This document shows, one piece after another, positions 1 to 10,096 of a DNA stretch of 64,000 nucleotides. Position 1 is the first letter of the stretch, and the number at the start of each line of letters is the position of its first letter. Made by a program: the position numbers and the translations under genes. The notes beneath the pieces were generated by a model. It was given only the letters and a program-made list of their open reading frames with translations, was not told the DNA's origin and made no database searches. The DNA comes from an uncultured bacterium (GTDB lineage: Bacteria; Fidelibacterota; UBA2242): assembly GCA_964605705.1 (NCBI GenBank), contig CAZSDW010000014.1, positions 7,130 to 71,129 of the forward strand, in the 5' to 3' direction.

Positions 1-2
1 TG

Positions 3-2696
3 TATCGTGGTCTATATTTTATTGGTATTGCCGATGTCTGGTATATGTATCCAGGTTATTTTCCGAATCCGCCTCAGTTTGAGATGCCGATCATGGGTGA
101 TATTCCTAATGTTGACTTTCTGTTGATTGCTGCCAAAGAAAAAATCTTTGGAACGGTACTCGATGATGCCGGCAGTCCGGTTGCCGGAATCAATATCTGG
201 GCTTGGAGTGATTTCGGAGATTTCAACGCGGTGACTGATGCAACGGGTTATTATGAAATTCCCGCCATGCCGGGCTGGTGGTCCGTGGAACTTGCTTATG
301 AAGATATTTATGGAAATTATATGTTTCCCTGGTCACAGCATCTGGAAGTTTTTGAAAACGGTAATCATCCGGTCAACTTTACTCTTTTCAACTTTGATGC
401 TTCTTTTACCGGAAATGTCAGTACCAGTGATGGTACACCCTTAGAGAATGTCGAAGTCCATGCAGATGTCTGGCTGGGTGCTGAGAGCGGCTATTTCAAT
501 ATGACATACACGGATGCATCCGGTGATTATAATCTTCCGGTATCGACGGCGCTTCAGCAGGTTCCATATCCTAATGATTGGGGAGGGATAGATACATCGA
601 GATACTGGGTGAGTGCCTGGTGCGAAGAAGCCCTTCTGACTCCCGATGGTTATGGCGATCAGTATGCCCCGGCGAGTGGACTTGACTTTGTTGCGGTTAT
701 ATCCGATGCGGTGCTCAGTGGTACTGTATATGATGCCGGCACAAATTCACCCCTTTTCGATGCTCAAATTTATGCATGGCAGGAAGATACTGGATTGCAG
801 TACTGGAACTGTACGAATGATAGTGGATACTTTGAATTGCCACTAGTAGGTGGTCCCTATCCTGGTAAAATATGGCAGATTGAGGTTTATTGGCCAGGGG
901 AAGGGATGCCATCTGTCAGAGATACTTTTTACGTGATCTCCGGTAACAATTATGCCAAAGATTATTATATCAATCCTCCGGTTACCGAGGGTAAGATAAA
1001 TGGATATGTTTATAATGAGGACGGTTACGGTATTTCGGGTGCAAGAGTTGAGATCTATGGTCCTGAATATTATGAATTATATACCGATCAAAACGGATAT
1101 TTCATCGTTGAACATATATCGTTTGGCTGGTACGATGCGACTGCATATGTTGATGGTTATTCTCCCTATGATATCCATGGTATCTGGGTTGGAGACAGCC
1201 CGGTTTATCTGGAATTCTGGATGGGTTCGATCGTTGGTAATATAAACGTCAACGGTAATGTACTCGATGCCAATGATGTACCGATTAAAAATGCATTGTT
1301 AATGATATTCAACTGGGATTATTACGAACCGTTTATGCTGTTTACCGATGATAACGGGTTCTTTGACGTAATGGTTAAGCCAGGCTGGTATGATTTTCAG
1401 GTAGGTGCAAATGGTTTTAGTCCAATCAGTGAAGGTCTTGATATACAATCAGATACGACCATTACCTATAAACTGAACGCAATAGTCATTCCCGATACTT
1501 TAGAGGGAAATGTGGTTGATGATATGGAGAATGCGTTACGGAAAGTCTTTGTCTATATGGAAAAATACAACAGTAATAATGATAAAGTGGAGTATATGGG
1601 ATATACCTATACTGACCAATTTGGTCATTATAAAATTGCCTTGCCCCATGGCTATATCAATGCTTCGTACAATAAAGCCGGATTCAATCCTGAATGGCGC
1701 GGATTCGATTTCCCTGGTGAAAAACCCGAAGAAACTCTGGTGATGTGGCCGGAAATGCATGTCTTTGGTCCGCAGCTAATCGATGTTTTGGATGTTCCTG
1801 AAGATCATGGTAAAAAGGTGCGCCTGACCTGGAAACGGGCGGAAGGTTTACAAGGTGCCGTTAAGGAGTATCAGATCTGGCGGGCAATTGAGCCGTTTAG
1901 TGGACCACAGCCAGGTACTGAAGGTCCGTTTTCATGGGATTTTGTAACGACTGTACCTGTATATCCGGATATAGATCACTATAATGTCGTTGTGCCGACA
2001 CTATATGATAAAGTCGGCGATAATATTCACTGGACAGGCTTCTTGATTGTGGCAACCGGTTGGGATAACTGGTCATACTGGAATTCCAATCTTCTGGCAG
2101 GCTGGTCTGAAGATAACCTGCCACCGTCAGCGCCGGGAGCATTAACAGCGTCCAGTTCGGGAATGACAGTTGAGCTGCAGTGGGAAGCGGTGACGAGTGA
2201 AAAGGTCAAATATTACACGGTTTACCGTAAAACCGGTGCCACTGATTTTGCCCTTCTTGGGTATGCCACAACAGCCGAATATGTGGATGATGCCATTACT
2301 CAATCGGAAGTCTATACCTATACTGTTACGGCGACGGATTTTGGCTTGAATGAGTCGGAAAGATCGGAATCCTTTACCGTATCGCTGCTGGCAATTGACG
2401 AGGCAAAAGCTTTGCCGAAGGAATTCGCCCTGAATCCGAATTATCCAAATCCGTTTAATCCGGAAACGACGATTGAGTTTGCCCTGCCAAGAGACAGCAA
2501 GGTGACATTGACGATCTATAATCTGAATGGTCAGCTGGTTCGTCAGCTGGTCAGCAACTCCTATAAAGCCGGTTATCAGAGAGTGATCTGGAATGGTCGT
2601 GATTATTCCGGAAACGCGGTTGGAAGCGGTGTTTATATTTACACCCTGAAAGCAGGCGATTTTTCACAAACCCGGAAGATGATCTTAATGCGATAA
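3..2696 (+). CDS. Large secreted protein (5'-truncated): carboxypeptidase-regulatory-like beta-sandwich repeats, FN3-like domain, C-terminal FlgD-Ig/T9SS-type sorting domain
   Basis: Frame is open from position 3, so the ORF-track start at 45 is internal. Repeated G-x-V-x-D...P(I/L/V)-x-(G/N)-A...TD-x-x-G-x-(Y/F) units; C-terminal 'NYPNPFNPETTIEF...SGVYIY...TRKMILMR'. Confidence 0.8.
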   Translation, partial: YRGLYFIGIADVWYMYPGYFPNPPQFEMPIMGDIPNVDFLLIAAKEKIFGTVLDDAGSPVAGINIWAWSDFGDFNAVTDATGYYEIPAMPGWWSVELAYEDIYGNYMFPWSQHLEVFENGNHPVNFTLFNFDASFTGNVSTSDGTPLENVEVHADVWLGAESGYFNMTYTDASGDYNLPVSTALQQVPYPNDWGGIDTSRYWVSAWCEEALLTPDGYGDQYAPASGLDFVAVISDAVLSGTVYDAGTNSPLFDAQIYAWQEDTGLQYWNCTNDSGYFELPLVGGPYPGKIWQIEVYWPGEGMPSVRDTFYVISGNNYAKDYYINPPVTEGKINGYVYNEDGYGISGARVEIYGPEYYELYTDQNGYFIVEHISFGWYDATAYVDGYSPYDIHGIWVGDSPVYLEFWMGSIVGNINVNGNVLDANDVPIKNALLMIFNWDYYEPFMLFTDDNGFFDVMVKPGWYDFQVGANGFSPISEGLDIQSDTTITYKLNAIVIPDTLEGNVVDDMENALRKVFVYMEKYNSNNDKVEYMGYTYTDQFGHYKIALPHGYINASYNKAGFNPEWRGFDFPGEKPEETLVMWPEMHVFGPQLIDVLDVPEDHGKKVRLTWKRAEGLQGAVKEYQIWRAIEPFSGPQPGTEGPFSWDFVTTVPVYPDIDHYNVVVPTLYDKVGDNIHWTGFLIVATGWDNWSYWNSNLLAGWSEDNLPPSAPGALTASSSGMTVELQWEAVTSEKVKYYTVYRKTGATDFALLGYATTAEYVDDAITQSEVYTYTVTATDFGLNESERSESFTVSLLAIDEAKALPKEFALNPNYPNPFNPETTIEFALPRDSKVTLTIYNLNGQLVRQLVSNSYKAGYQRVIWNGRDYSGNAVGSGVYIYTLKAGDFSQTRKMILMR

Positions 2697-2716
2697 CTAT
2701 TGCAGAGCTGTAATGT

Positions 2717-2749
2717 AAGGGGTGGATTCGTCCACCCCTTTTTCTTTTT
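2717..2749 (+). terminator. Rho-independent terminator
   Basis: AAGGGGTGGA-TTCG-TCCACCCCTT followed by a T-run, 20 nt after the stop. Confidence 0.85.
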
Positions 2750-2815
2750 AAAGGAGTTGACTGTTGAAAATAATTACTTTACTATTTCGGTGTGATTCAT
2801 TAATCTAACGACGTT

Positions 2816-3463
2816 ATGCAAAAGATCATTCCGGTTCTGGTCGTTTTATTCCTTCTATGGGGTTGTGCGGCTCATCCAACCATTAGTCCCATACCTCTGG
2901 AAAAGGATGAAACAAGGACAGCAATTTGTTTTTCCTATGAAAATTTATTACCGGTTTTTGTTTATCGGAAAGGTCTTAGCGGGGTCAGTGATTTCGGTAT
3001 CCGTATCGGCATCCCGATCTATGGTTCCGGCATTGATTATTCCCGGACCGTCTTTCAACGGGGTAACTTTTATGACATTGTCAATTTTGCCTATTCGCTT
3101 TCGCCAAACTCCAGCTTTGATATGACCTATTACAGTGTTCACCGGTCCAGCCGGAAACCGGACAATGCCCGGTACAGCGGATTTCGCGCCATGTACATTC
3201 CAAACGGCATCAACGAGAATGAAAGTATTCGGGTCGGGGCGTTGATCGGATTCATGTTCAGAGACAGAATCGGTATTGAAATGGGGTATTTCCATGACCT
3301 GGATAAAGGACAGCCAATTGAAAAACTCTTTTCCATGGAACCGGAAGACAGCCCAAGGTACCCGGCGATTACGGGCTTTGGTTTTCCATCGGAAAATTCC
3401 CGCTTGGTTGGACTCTCTTTGCAGCTTTCATTGAACACCACTCTTTTTCAGAAGAAAAAATAG
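2816..3463 (+). CDS. Hypothetical lipoprotein
   Basis: Hydrophobic signal with lipobox LWGC; mature part has alternating beta-strand-like segments; no recognised family. Confidence 0.6.
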   Translation: MQKIIPVLVVLFLLWGCAAHPTISPIPLEKDETRTAICFSYENLLPVFVYRKGLSGVSDFGIRIGIPIYGSGIDYSRTVFQRGNFYDIVNFAYSLSPNSSFDMTYYSVHRSSRKPDNARYSGFRAMYIPNGINENESIRVGALIGFMFRDRIGIEMGYFHDLDKGQPIEKLFSMEPEDSPRYPAITGFGFPSENSRLVGLSLQLSLNTTLFQKKK

Positions 3464-3676
3464 ACTATTAAACCCAATTTAAAATAACAATCACCCGTAT
3501 TTTTCTTTAATTCTCCGCAGTTTTTGATAACCGGATGGTCATTAAAAGCTATCAGAAAATTTCAACCCTATTAAACTTTTTTCCGCTGGAAGAGTCTAAA
3601 GACTGTTGAATTTTTGGAAACTTTAGTTGTTTCGTTTAGTTAAACGGATTGAAACTTGACAGGAGGAACAGAGAAA

Positions 3677-5197
3677 ATGAATCGGAAACCTATATTGTTA
3701 ATAACCGGCGCTGTACTGCTGATGCTAATGGGAATTTTTATTGGACAGCAGTATCTGCGCATGACACCTGAACGGGTGGTATTATATGAAGCTGCGCAGA
3801 AAGCGCCAAATACTGACACATTCAGACATGCTTCCTACACGGCAGGTGACAATTCCCAATTGCCATCCATTCTGGATTTGAATGAAGCCTTTGTGAATAT
3901 TGCCGAAACAGTCAATCCCTCGGTGGTGACAATCATTACCGAAAAGGTCGTTAAAATGCGCGGTAACCAGATTTTTCCCGGGATGGATGATGATCTGTTT
4001 TATCGCTTTTTTGGTGTTCCACCGGAGACCGAACGGCGTGGCACGGCGCTGGGCTCCGGCGTTATTGTCGATAAAAAAGGTTATATACTGACCAACAATC
4101 ATGTTGTCGAGCAAGGCACTGAGATTCTGGTCAGATTAATTGATAACCGTGAATTCAAGGCGGAAATCATTGGCACTGATCCGAAGAGTGATCTGGCGGT
4201 GATCAAGATTAAAGCCGATGGACTGACACCGATCGTTCTGGGAGATTCAGATATTTTAAGAATTGGTGAATGGGTACTGGCGATCGGCTCGCCATTTTCT
4301 GATAATCTTGATCATACAGTGACAGCCGGAATTGTCAGCGCCAAGGGGCGCAGTAATATTATTAATTCAGGAAATTATGAAAGTTTTATCCAGACGGATG
4401 CTGCTATTAATCCGGGCAACAGTGGCGGTGCCCTGGTCAATGCCCATGGTGAACTGGTCGGAATTAATACGGCGATTGCAACCAATGGCGGAGCCGGTAA
4501 CCTCGGAATTGGTTTTGCAATTCCGGTCAATCTGGCTAAAAAGGTATTGACCGATTTGATTGAACATGGCAAAGTGATTCGTGCCTGGTTGGGAGTCTCT
4601 ATTCAAAATATTGATGATCGGACTGCCAAAGCAATGAAGCTGGAAGATCGTTTTGGCGTCCTGATTGGCAGTGTTGTGGATGATGGTCCGGCTAAGAAAG
4701 CCGGCATTCAGGTTGGCGACGTCATTATTGAATTTGATGGGGTCAAAATCAAGAATAGCAGTCATCTCCAGATTCTGGTTTCTAATTCCGAAGTGGGCAA
4801 AGAAAAAGAAGTTCTCGTGCTGAGAGGGAAAAAGGAGAAAGTGTTCAAGGTTAAACTCGAGGAACTGCCCGGTAATCTCAGCGGTGTTTCAACTCTGTCT
4901 TCAACGGATTCAACCTCAAAACTCGGGCTAACAGTGGAAACATTGACTTCTGATCTTGCCCGTCAGTATGGACTTAACAGAGATGAAAAAGGGGTGGTCG
5001 TGACGGCTATTGACCGAAACAGCGAGGCAGCTCAATCGCTCCGTCCCGGTGATCTGATCCAGCGAATTGGAGAACATGGAATTAAGAATATTGACGATTA
5101 TAATGGAGCCCTTAAAGAATCTGCCGGAGAATACATCCTGGTGTTGGTCAAGCGAAAAGACGCAACGTTTTTTGTGACGCTAAAAATAGAAGACTAA
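3677..5197 (+). CDS. degP: Do/DegQ/HtrA family serine endoprotease with two PDZ domains
   Basis: Triad motifs TNNHVV, SDLAV, QTDAAINPGNSGG; PDZ 'RAWLGV' and 'SKLGLTV'; ATG at 3677 follows AGGAGG. Confidence 0.92.
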   Translation: MNRKPILLITGAVLLMLMGIFIGQQYLRMTPERVVLYEAAQKAPNTDTFRHASYTAGDNSQLPSILDLNEAFVNIAETVNPSVVTIITEKVVKMRGNQIFPGMDDDLFYRFFGVPPETERRGTALGSGVIVDKKGYILTNNHVVEQGTEILVRLIDNREFKAEIIGTDPKSDLAVIKIKADGLTPIVLGDSDILRIGEWVLAIGSPFSDNLDHTVTAGIVSAKGRSNIINSGNYESFIQTDAAINPGNSGGALVNAHGELVGINTAIATNGGAGNLGIGFAIPVNLAKKVLTDLIEHGKVIRAWLGVSIQNIDDRTAKAMKLEDRFGVLIGSVVDDGPAKKAGIQVGDVIIEFDGVKIKNSSHLQILVSNSEVGKEKEVLVLRGKKEKVFKVKLEELPGNLSGVSTLSSTDSTSKLGLTVETLTSDLARQYGLNRDEKGVVVTAIDRNSEAAQSLRPGDLIQRIGEHGIKNIDDYNGALKESAGEYILVLVKRKDATFFVTLKIED

Positions 5198-5219
5198 GAA
5201 AATATCAACAAACAGCACG

Positions 5220-5258
5220 GAAACAGGCTTCCTGATCGGTGAAGCCTGTTTCGATTTA
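5220..5258 (+). terminator. Stem-loop after degP, probable terminator
   Basis: GAAACAGGCTTC-N9-GAAGCCTGTTTC perfect 12-bp stem with a weak T tail. Confidence 0.6.
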
Positions 5259-5324
5259 TCCGTTACAAATACCCGGTATTTTGGTTGATTTTTTTAAGCG
5301 TCTGATCTAAATTCCACGGTCATA

Positions 5325-6197
5325 ATGAAAGGTGAAATGAAAGCAAAATTAGGAATTATTGGAGGTACCGGATTTTACGATCTGGTTGGTTTGAATGGAC
5401 ACAGAAAGGTATCGCTGGACACTCCTTACGGGAAGCCGTCCGACGATTTCATTATCGGCGAAAAAAACGATAGAGAAGTAATCTTTATTCCCCGGCATGG
5501 ACATGGACATACTATTTTGCCCGGGAATATTAATTACCGGGCGAATATCTATGGTATGAAAAAGCTGGGTGTAACTCATGTGATTGCCATCTCTGCCGTC
5601 GGTAGTTTTAAAAAGGAAATTGAGCCGGGCTCGATTGTATTTATCGATCAGTATTTTGACCGGACAAAAGACCATGTTCACGACACATTTTTTGATAAAG
5701 ATGCGGTTGTGCATATTTCCTTTGGCGATCCGATTTGTAATTGTATCCACGGGCAACTGGTTGCCATTGCGGAGGAATTAAAACTCGATTATTATGACAC
5801 GGGAACATATGTTAATATCCAGGGACCGGCATTTTCCACCAGAGCCGAATCGCAACTCTATCGGTCATGGGGCATGTCCGTTGTTGGGATGACGAATCTT
5901 CATGAAGCCCGACTCTGCCGGGAAGCCGAGCTGCATTTTGCTGCCATTGCCCAGGTGACCGATTATGACAGCTGGAAAGGAGAAGCGGTTGATGTTGCCG
6001 CGATTATGGCAAATATCGGCAAAGCGACGGAAAGCGCCGGCAGGGTGATTACCCGCTATATTGAACAGTTTCCCTTTGCCGAATGCCGGTGTGATTGTCA
6101 GCATTCCCTGGAAAATTCCATTATCTCCGATATCAATCAGCTGAAACCGGAATTGAAAGAACGCTATAATCTGTTGTTGAATAAATATTTTAATTGA
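5325..6197 (+). CDS. mtnP: S-methyl-5'-thioadenosine phosphorylase (MTAP family)
   Basis: GIIGGTG, TPYGKPS, PRHG, NYRANI, GPAFSTRAES, VGMT and VTDYD motifs. Confidence 0.9.
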   Translation: MKGEMKAKLGIIGGTGFYDLVGLNGHRKVSLDTPYGKPSDDFIIGEKNDREVIFIPRHGHGHTILPGNINYRANIYGMKKLGVTHVIAISAVGSFKKEIEPGSIVFIDQYFDRTKDHVHDTFFDKDAVVHISFGDPICNCIHGQLVAIAEELKLDYYDTGTYVNIQGPAFSTRAESQLYRSWGMSVVGMTNLHEARLCREAELHFAAIAQVTDYDSWKGEAVDVAAIMANIGKATESAGRVITRYIEQFPFAECRCDCQHSLENSIISDINQLKPELKERYNLLLNKYFN

Positions 6198-6278
6198 ACT
6201 TGTTGATGAATTTATTAAACTATCGCTCCTGTTTGATATTGATGAATTGTATTAAATCCCTTGAGGAGGTCTGAACTG

Positions 6279-9200
6279 GTGATAAAAAAGGTTCCTGCCG
6301 CGGTAGATTTTATAGCTCTTGAACACGAAATGCTGGACTTTTGGGAGAATGACCAGATATTTAAACGATTAGTTGAAAAAAACGCGAATGGTCCGAAATG
6401 GTCGTTTATCGACGGACCGATAACGGCAAATAATCCGATGGGAGTTCATCACGCCTGGGGCAGGACCTATAAAGATGTGTTTCAACGCTATAAAGCCATG
6501 AACGGTTTTCAGACGCGGTATCAGAACGGTTTTGACTGCCAGGGTTTGTGGGTTGAAGTGGAAGTGGAGAAAGAACTGGGCTTCAAATCCAAGACCGACA
6601 TTGAAGCCTACGGCATCGAGAAATTTGTCAATAAATGCAAAGAACGGGTTTACAAATATTCTAAAATCCAGACCGAACAATCGATTCGTCTCGGTTTCTG
6701 GATGGACTGGGATAATTCCTATTATACCATGTCCGATGAAAATAATTATACCATCTGGCTGTTCCTGAAAAAATGTCATGAAAACGGCTGGATTTATAAA
6801 GGGCACGACGTCATGCCCTGGTGTACGCGCTGTGGGGCGGCATTATCAGAACATGAGATCGCCACCGAAGGATACCAGGAAATGACCCACACCAGTATCA
6901 CCGTTCGTTTTCCTCTGGATTGTCGTGACAGTGAGTATTTGCTGGTCTGGACAACGACACCATGGACACTGACTTCCAATACTGCTGCGGCAGTTCATCC
7001 GGATAAATCCTATGTCAAAGTCAAACAGGGACAAAATATTTATTACCTGATCGATGGTCGTCAGGACGAGGTGATTAGCGGCGAGTTCACTATTCTTGAC
7101 ACGATCGCCGGCAAGGAGATGCTGGGCTGGACCTATCGGGGTCCGTTTGATGAATTGCCAATCCAGAAAGGCGTCAAGCATGTCGTTATTGCCTGGGAAG
7201 AGATCAGTGAAAGCGAAGGAACCGGTATCGTCCACATTGCACCCGGTTGCGGTCAGGAAGACCATGAGCTCAGCAAAGAATTTGATTTGAGTGTTATTGC
7301 ACCTCTGGATGAATTTGGTAATTATATTGAAGGTTTCGACTGGCTATCCGGCAGGAATGTCACCGGTGTCAATAAAGATATTTTCAGGAATCTTGACGAA
7401 AAAGGCTTTAAATACCGTGTCGATCAATATACGCACCGCTATCCGATCTGCTGGCGGCATGGTACCGAGTTGGTGTTTCGTCTGGTAGATGAATGGTTCA
7501 TCGCTATGGATGGCGTCCGCCAGGCAATGATGGATGTGACCTGCAAGATTCGCTGGATTCCGGAGTATGGTCTGCAGCACGAGCTGGACTGGTTGAAAAA
7601 CATGCACGACTGGATGATCTCCAAGAAACGCTACTGGGGTCTGGCTCTGCCGATTTATGAGTGTAAATCCTGTGGTAAAATTACAATCATCGGCAGCAAA
7701 ACGGAGCTTGAAGAACGGGCGATTGAAGGCTGGGATGAATTCAAAGGCAATTCCCCGCATCGCCCCTGGGTGGATGCCGTGAAAATTAAATGTGATCAAT
7801 GTGGAGAGAAAGTTGCCCGGGTTGAGGATGTGGGGAATCCCTGGCTGGATGCCGGAATTGTACCTTATTCAACCCTGCACTATACCACGGATCATGACTA
7901 TTGGAAAACCTGGTTCCCCGCAGAATTTATCTGCGAAAGCCTGCCCGGGCAATTCCGCAACTGGTTCTATTCATTACTGGCAATGAGTACGGTGCTGGAA
8001 AATGCCGAACCTTTTCAAACCATTTTGGGCTATGCCCTGGTGAAGGATGAAAAGGGTATGGATATGCATAAAAGCGCCGGGAACGCCATCTGGTTTGATG
8101 ATGCTGCCGAAAAGATGGGGGTCGATGTCATGCGCTGGATGTACGTGGACCACAACCCGGTGAACAACCTGAACTTCGGCTATAATATCGCCAAGGATTT
8201 CCGCAAGCAGATGATTACCTTGTGGAATTCCTATTCCTTTTTTGCCACCTATGCCGGGCTGGATAATTTTACACCCGATGACCATAAAGTTGCCTATGAC
8301 CAGCTGTCCGAACTGGATCGTTGGTTGCTGGCGCACCTGAATCTCCTGATCAAAGAAGTTCGGGAGAAATTTGATAATTTTGCACCCGGCAGAGCGATGA
8401 AACTTATCGATGAATTTCTGGAAGTTCTTTCCAACTGGTACATTCGCCGCAGTCGTCGCCGTTTCTGGAAATCTGAAGATGATTCCGATAAATGGGGTGC
8501 TTATCAGACCCTTTACCAGGCACTGAAAAATTTGATCCAGATTTTGGCACCGGTCATTCCTTTTGTTACAGACGCGATTTATCAGAATCTCGTCCGGGAA
8601 CTGGAACCGGATGCGCCGATCAGTATTCACCTCTCTGAATACCCGGTCTGTGATGAATCCCGAATTGACCAGACGCTGATCCAGCGTATTGATGCAATTA
8701 TCAAGGTGGTCAGCATGGGACGTGCTGCCCGGAATAAAGCCAACCTGAAAGTCCGTCAACCGCTGGAAAAAGTCTTCATCAAATTACCGGGTGATCTGTC
8801 TGCTGAAGCACTGGCTGATCTGACTGACCAGATACTGGAAGAATTGAATATCAAGTCGCTGGAATTTATCCGGAATGACAGTGACCTTGCCAGCTACGTT
8901 ATCAAACCAAATCTTGCGATTCTGGGTGCCAAATATGGAAAATCGGTGGGTGAGGTTCGTAAAGCTATAATGAATTTAGTTCCTGGTGAAACCGCCCAAA
9001 TACTTGAAAAAGGCGGTGCGGTCGAAATTCAGCTTGCTACTGAAAAAGTATTCCTGACAGCGGAAGATTTAATTGTCGAGCGCCAGGATGCCGATGGACG
9101 ATCGGTTGTTTTTGAACCGGATTATACCGTTGCAATCGATACAAAGATCACCGATGAACTTAGAAAAGAAGGTTATGTCCGTGATCTAATCCGTCAGGTT

Positions 9201-9422
9201 CAGACATTGCGAAAGGACGCTGATTTTAAAGTGGAAGACCGGATAACCGTGACCATTGAGACCAATGAGCAGGTGACAAACGCGCTGGATCAGTTCATGG
9301 ATTATTTTAAGCGGGAAACTTTGGCGCTGACAGTTGAATATCTCTTTAAACCTGGCGAGATTGAAAAAGATTTTACGATCGATGATAATAAAGTTCGTGT
9401 TTCTATCACCCGCAATAAGTAA
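6279..9422 (+). CDS. ileS: Isoleucine--tRNA ligase, type 2 (long form)
   Basis: DGPITAN, GFDCQGL, WTTTPWTL, GTGIVHIAP, DWMISKKRYWG, NWYIRRSRRRFW; type-2 C-terminus 'EGYVRDLIRQVQTLRK'. GTG at 6279 follows GAGGAGG. Confidence 0.95.
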   Translation: MIKKVPAAVDFIALEHEMLDFWENDQIFKRLVEKNANGPKWSFIDGPITANNPMGVHHAWGRTYKDVFQRYKAMNGFQTRYQNGFDCQGLWVEVEVEKELGFKSKTDIEAYGIEKFVNKCKERVYKYSKIQTEQSIRLGFWMDWDNSYYTMSDENNYTIWLFLKKCHENGWIYKGHDVMPWCTRCGAALSEHEIATEGYQEMTHTSITVRFPLDCRDSEYLLVWTTTPWTLTSNTAAAVHPDKSYVKVKQGQNIYYLIDGRQDEVISGEFTILDTIAGKEMLGWTYRGPFDELPIQKGVKHVVIAWEEISESEGTGIVHIAPGCGQEDHELSKEFDLSVIAPLDEFGNYIEGFDWLSGRNVTGVNKDIFRNLDEKGFKYRVDQYTHRYPICWRHGTELVFRLVDEWFIAMDGVRQAMMDVTCKIRWIPEYGLQHELDWLKNMHDWMISKKRYWGLALPIYECKSCGKITIIGSKTELEERAIEGWDEFKGNSPHRPWVDAVKIKCDQCGEKVARVEDVGNPWLDAGIVPYSTLHYTTDHDYWKTWFPAEFICESLPGQFRNWFYSLLAMSTVLENAEPFQTILGYALVKDEKGMDMHKSAGNAIWFDDAAEKMGVDVMRWMYVDHNPVNNLNFGYNIAKDFRKQMITLWNSYSFFATYAGLDNFTPDDHKVAYDQLSELDRWLLAHLNLLIKEVREKFDNFAPGRAMKLIDEFLEVLSNWYIRRSRRRFWKSEDDSDKWGAYQTLYQALKNLIQILAPVIPFVTDAIYQNLVRELEPDAPISIHLSEYPVCDESRIDQTLIQRIDAIIKVVSMGRAARNKANLKVRQPLEKVFIKLPGDLSAEALADLTDQILEELNIKSLEFIRNDSDLASYVIKPNLAILGAKYGKSVGEVRKAIMNLVPGETAQILEKGGAVEIQLATEKVFLTAEDLIVERQDADGRSVVFEPDYTVAIDTKITDELRKEGYVRDLIRQVQTLRKDADFKVEDRITVTIETNEQVTNALDQFMDYFKRETLALTVEYLFKPGEIEKDFTIDDNKVRVSITRNK

Positions 9423-9444
9423 ATTCCATTAGGAGAAGGAAATA

Positions 9445-9837
9445 ATGGCTGCAAAAACAAGTAAGAAGAAGTGGACTTCAGAAGAGTTGGACTATTTCAA
9501 AAACTTGATTCTGAAAAAGCGTGAAGATAGCTTAAAGGAAATTAAGCGTCTCGAAACGATTGCCATGAATGATGACAACCTTCAGGGAAATACAACCTTA
9601 GATTCCACCTATGCTTATCATATGGCGGATGTCGGAACTGATTCTCAGGAACGTGAAAAAGCATTTCTGTGGTTATCTCGGGAAAATAAACTACTGTCTC
9701 ATATGAACACTGCCCTCGACCGGCTGAAACATGGTGAATATGGCGTTTGCATTGAATGCGGTGAACTGATTCCCAAAGAGCGGCTGGAAGAGGTACCCCA
9801 TACCCAGCATTGCGTCAGGTGTAAAACCAAAAAATAA
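9445..9837 (+). CDS. dksA: TraR/DksA C4-type zinc finger protein
   Basis: HMADVGTD acidic tip; YGVCIECG...IPKERLEEVPHTQHCVRC; position directly after ileS. Confidence 0.85.
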   Translation: MAAKTSKKKWTSEELDYFKNLILKKREDSLKEIKRLETIAMNDDNLQGNTTLDSTYAYHMADVGTDSQEREKAFLWLSRENKLLSHMNTALDRLKHGEYGVCIECGELIPKERLEEVPHTQHCVRCKTKK

Positions 9838-10096
9838 TTAATCGTGTGGATTACCACGATCAAATTTCAACTCAATCCAAATAATAACAATAACACGATG
9901 GAATATTAGTGCGGAATTTTGTATTTTGTAATGTGAAGCGAAATTCCAAATAAACATTCTCAGCACAAGGATAATAAATCAGTTTCAATACCTTTGCTAT
10001 CACTGTTAGTTAAGTAAAATAATGGCACAAAACCTGTTCAGGAAACCTGATTTTGGCGATATTATATAAACCGATTTGGAAATTAGTCTTTCCCCA

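Noticed and set aside
6198-6278. T-box leader upstream of ileS
   Set aside because: About 80 nt only, with no T-box consensus or terminator.
7974-8759. 261-aa antisense ORF, and similar shadow ORFs (e.g. 12585-13235, 14414-15094, 46334-46954)
   Set aside because: They lie opposite well-supported genes, lack motifs and SD sequences, and are expected from codon bias.
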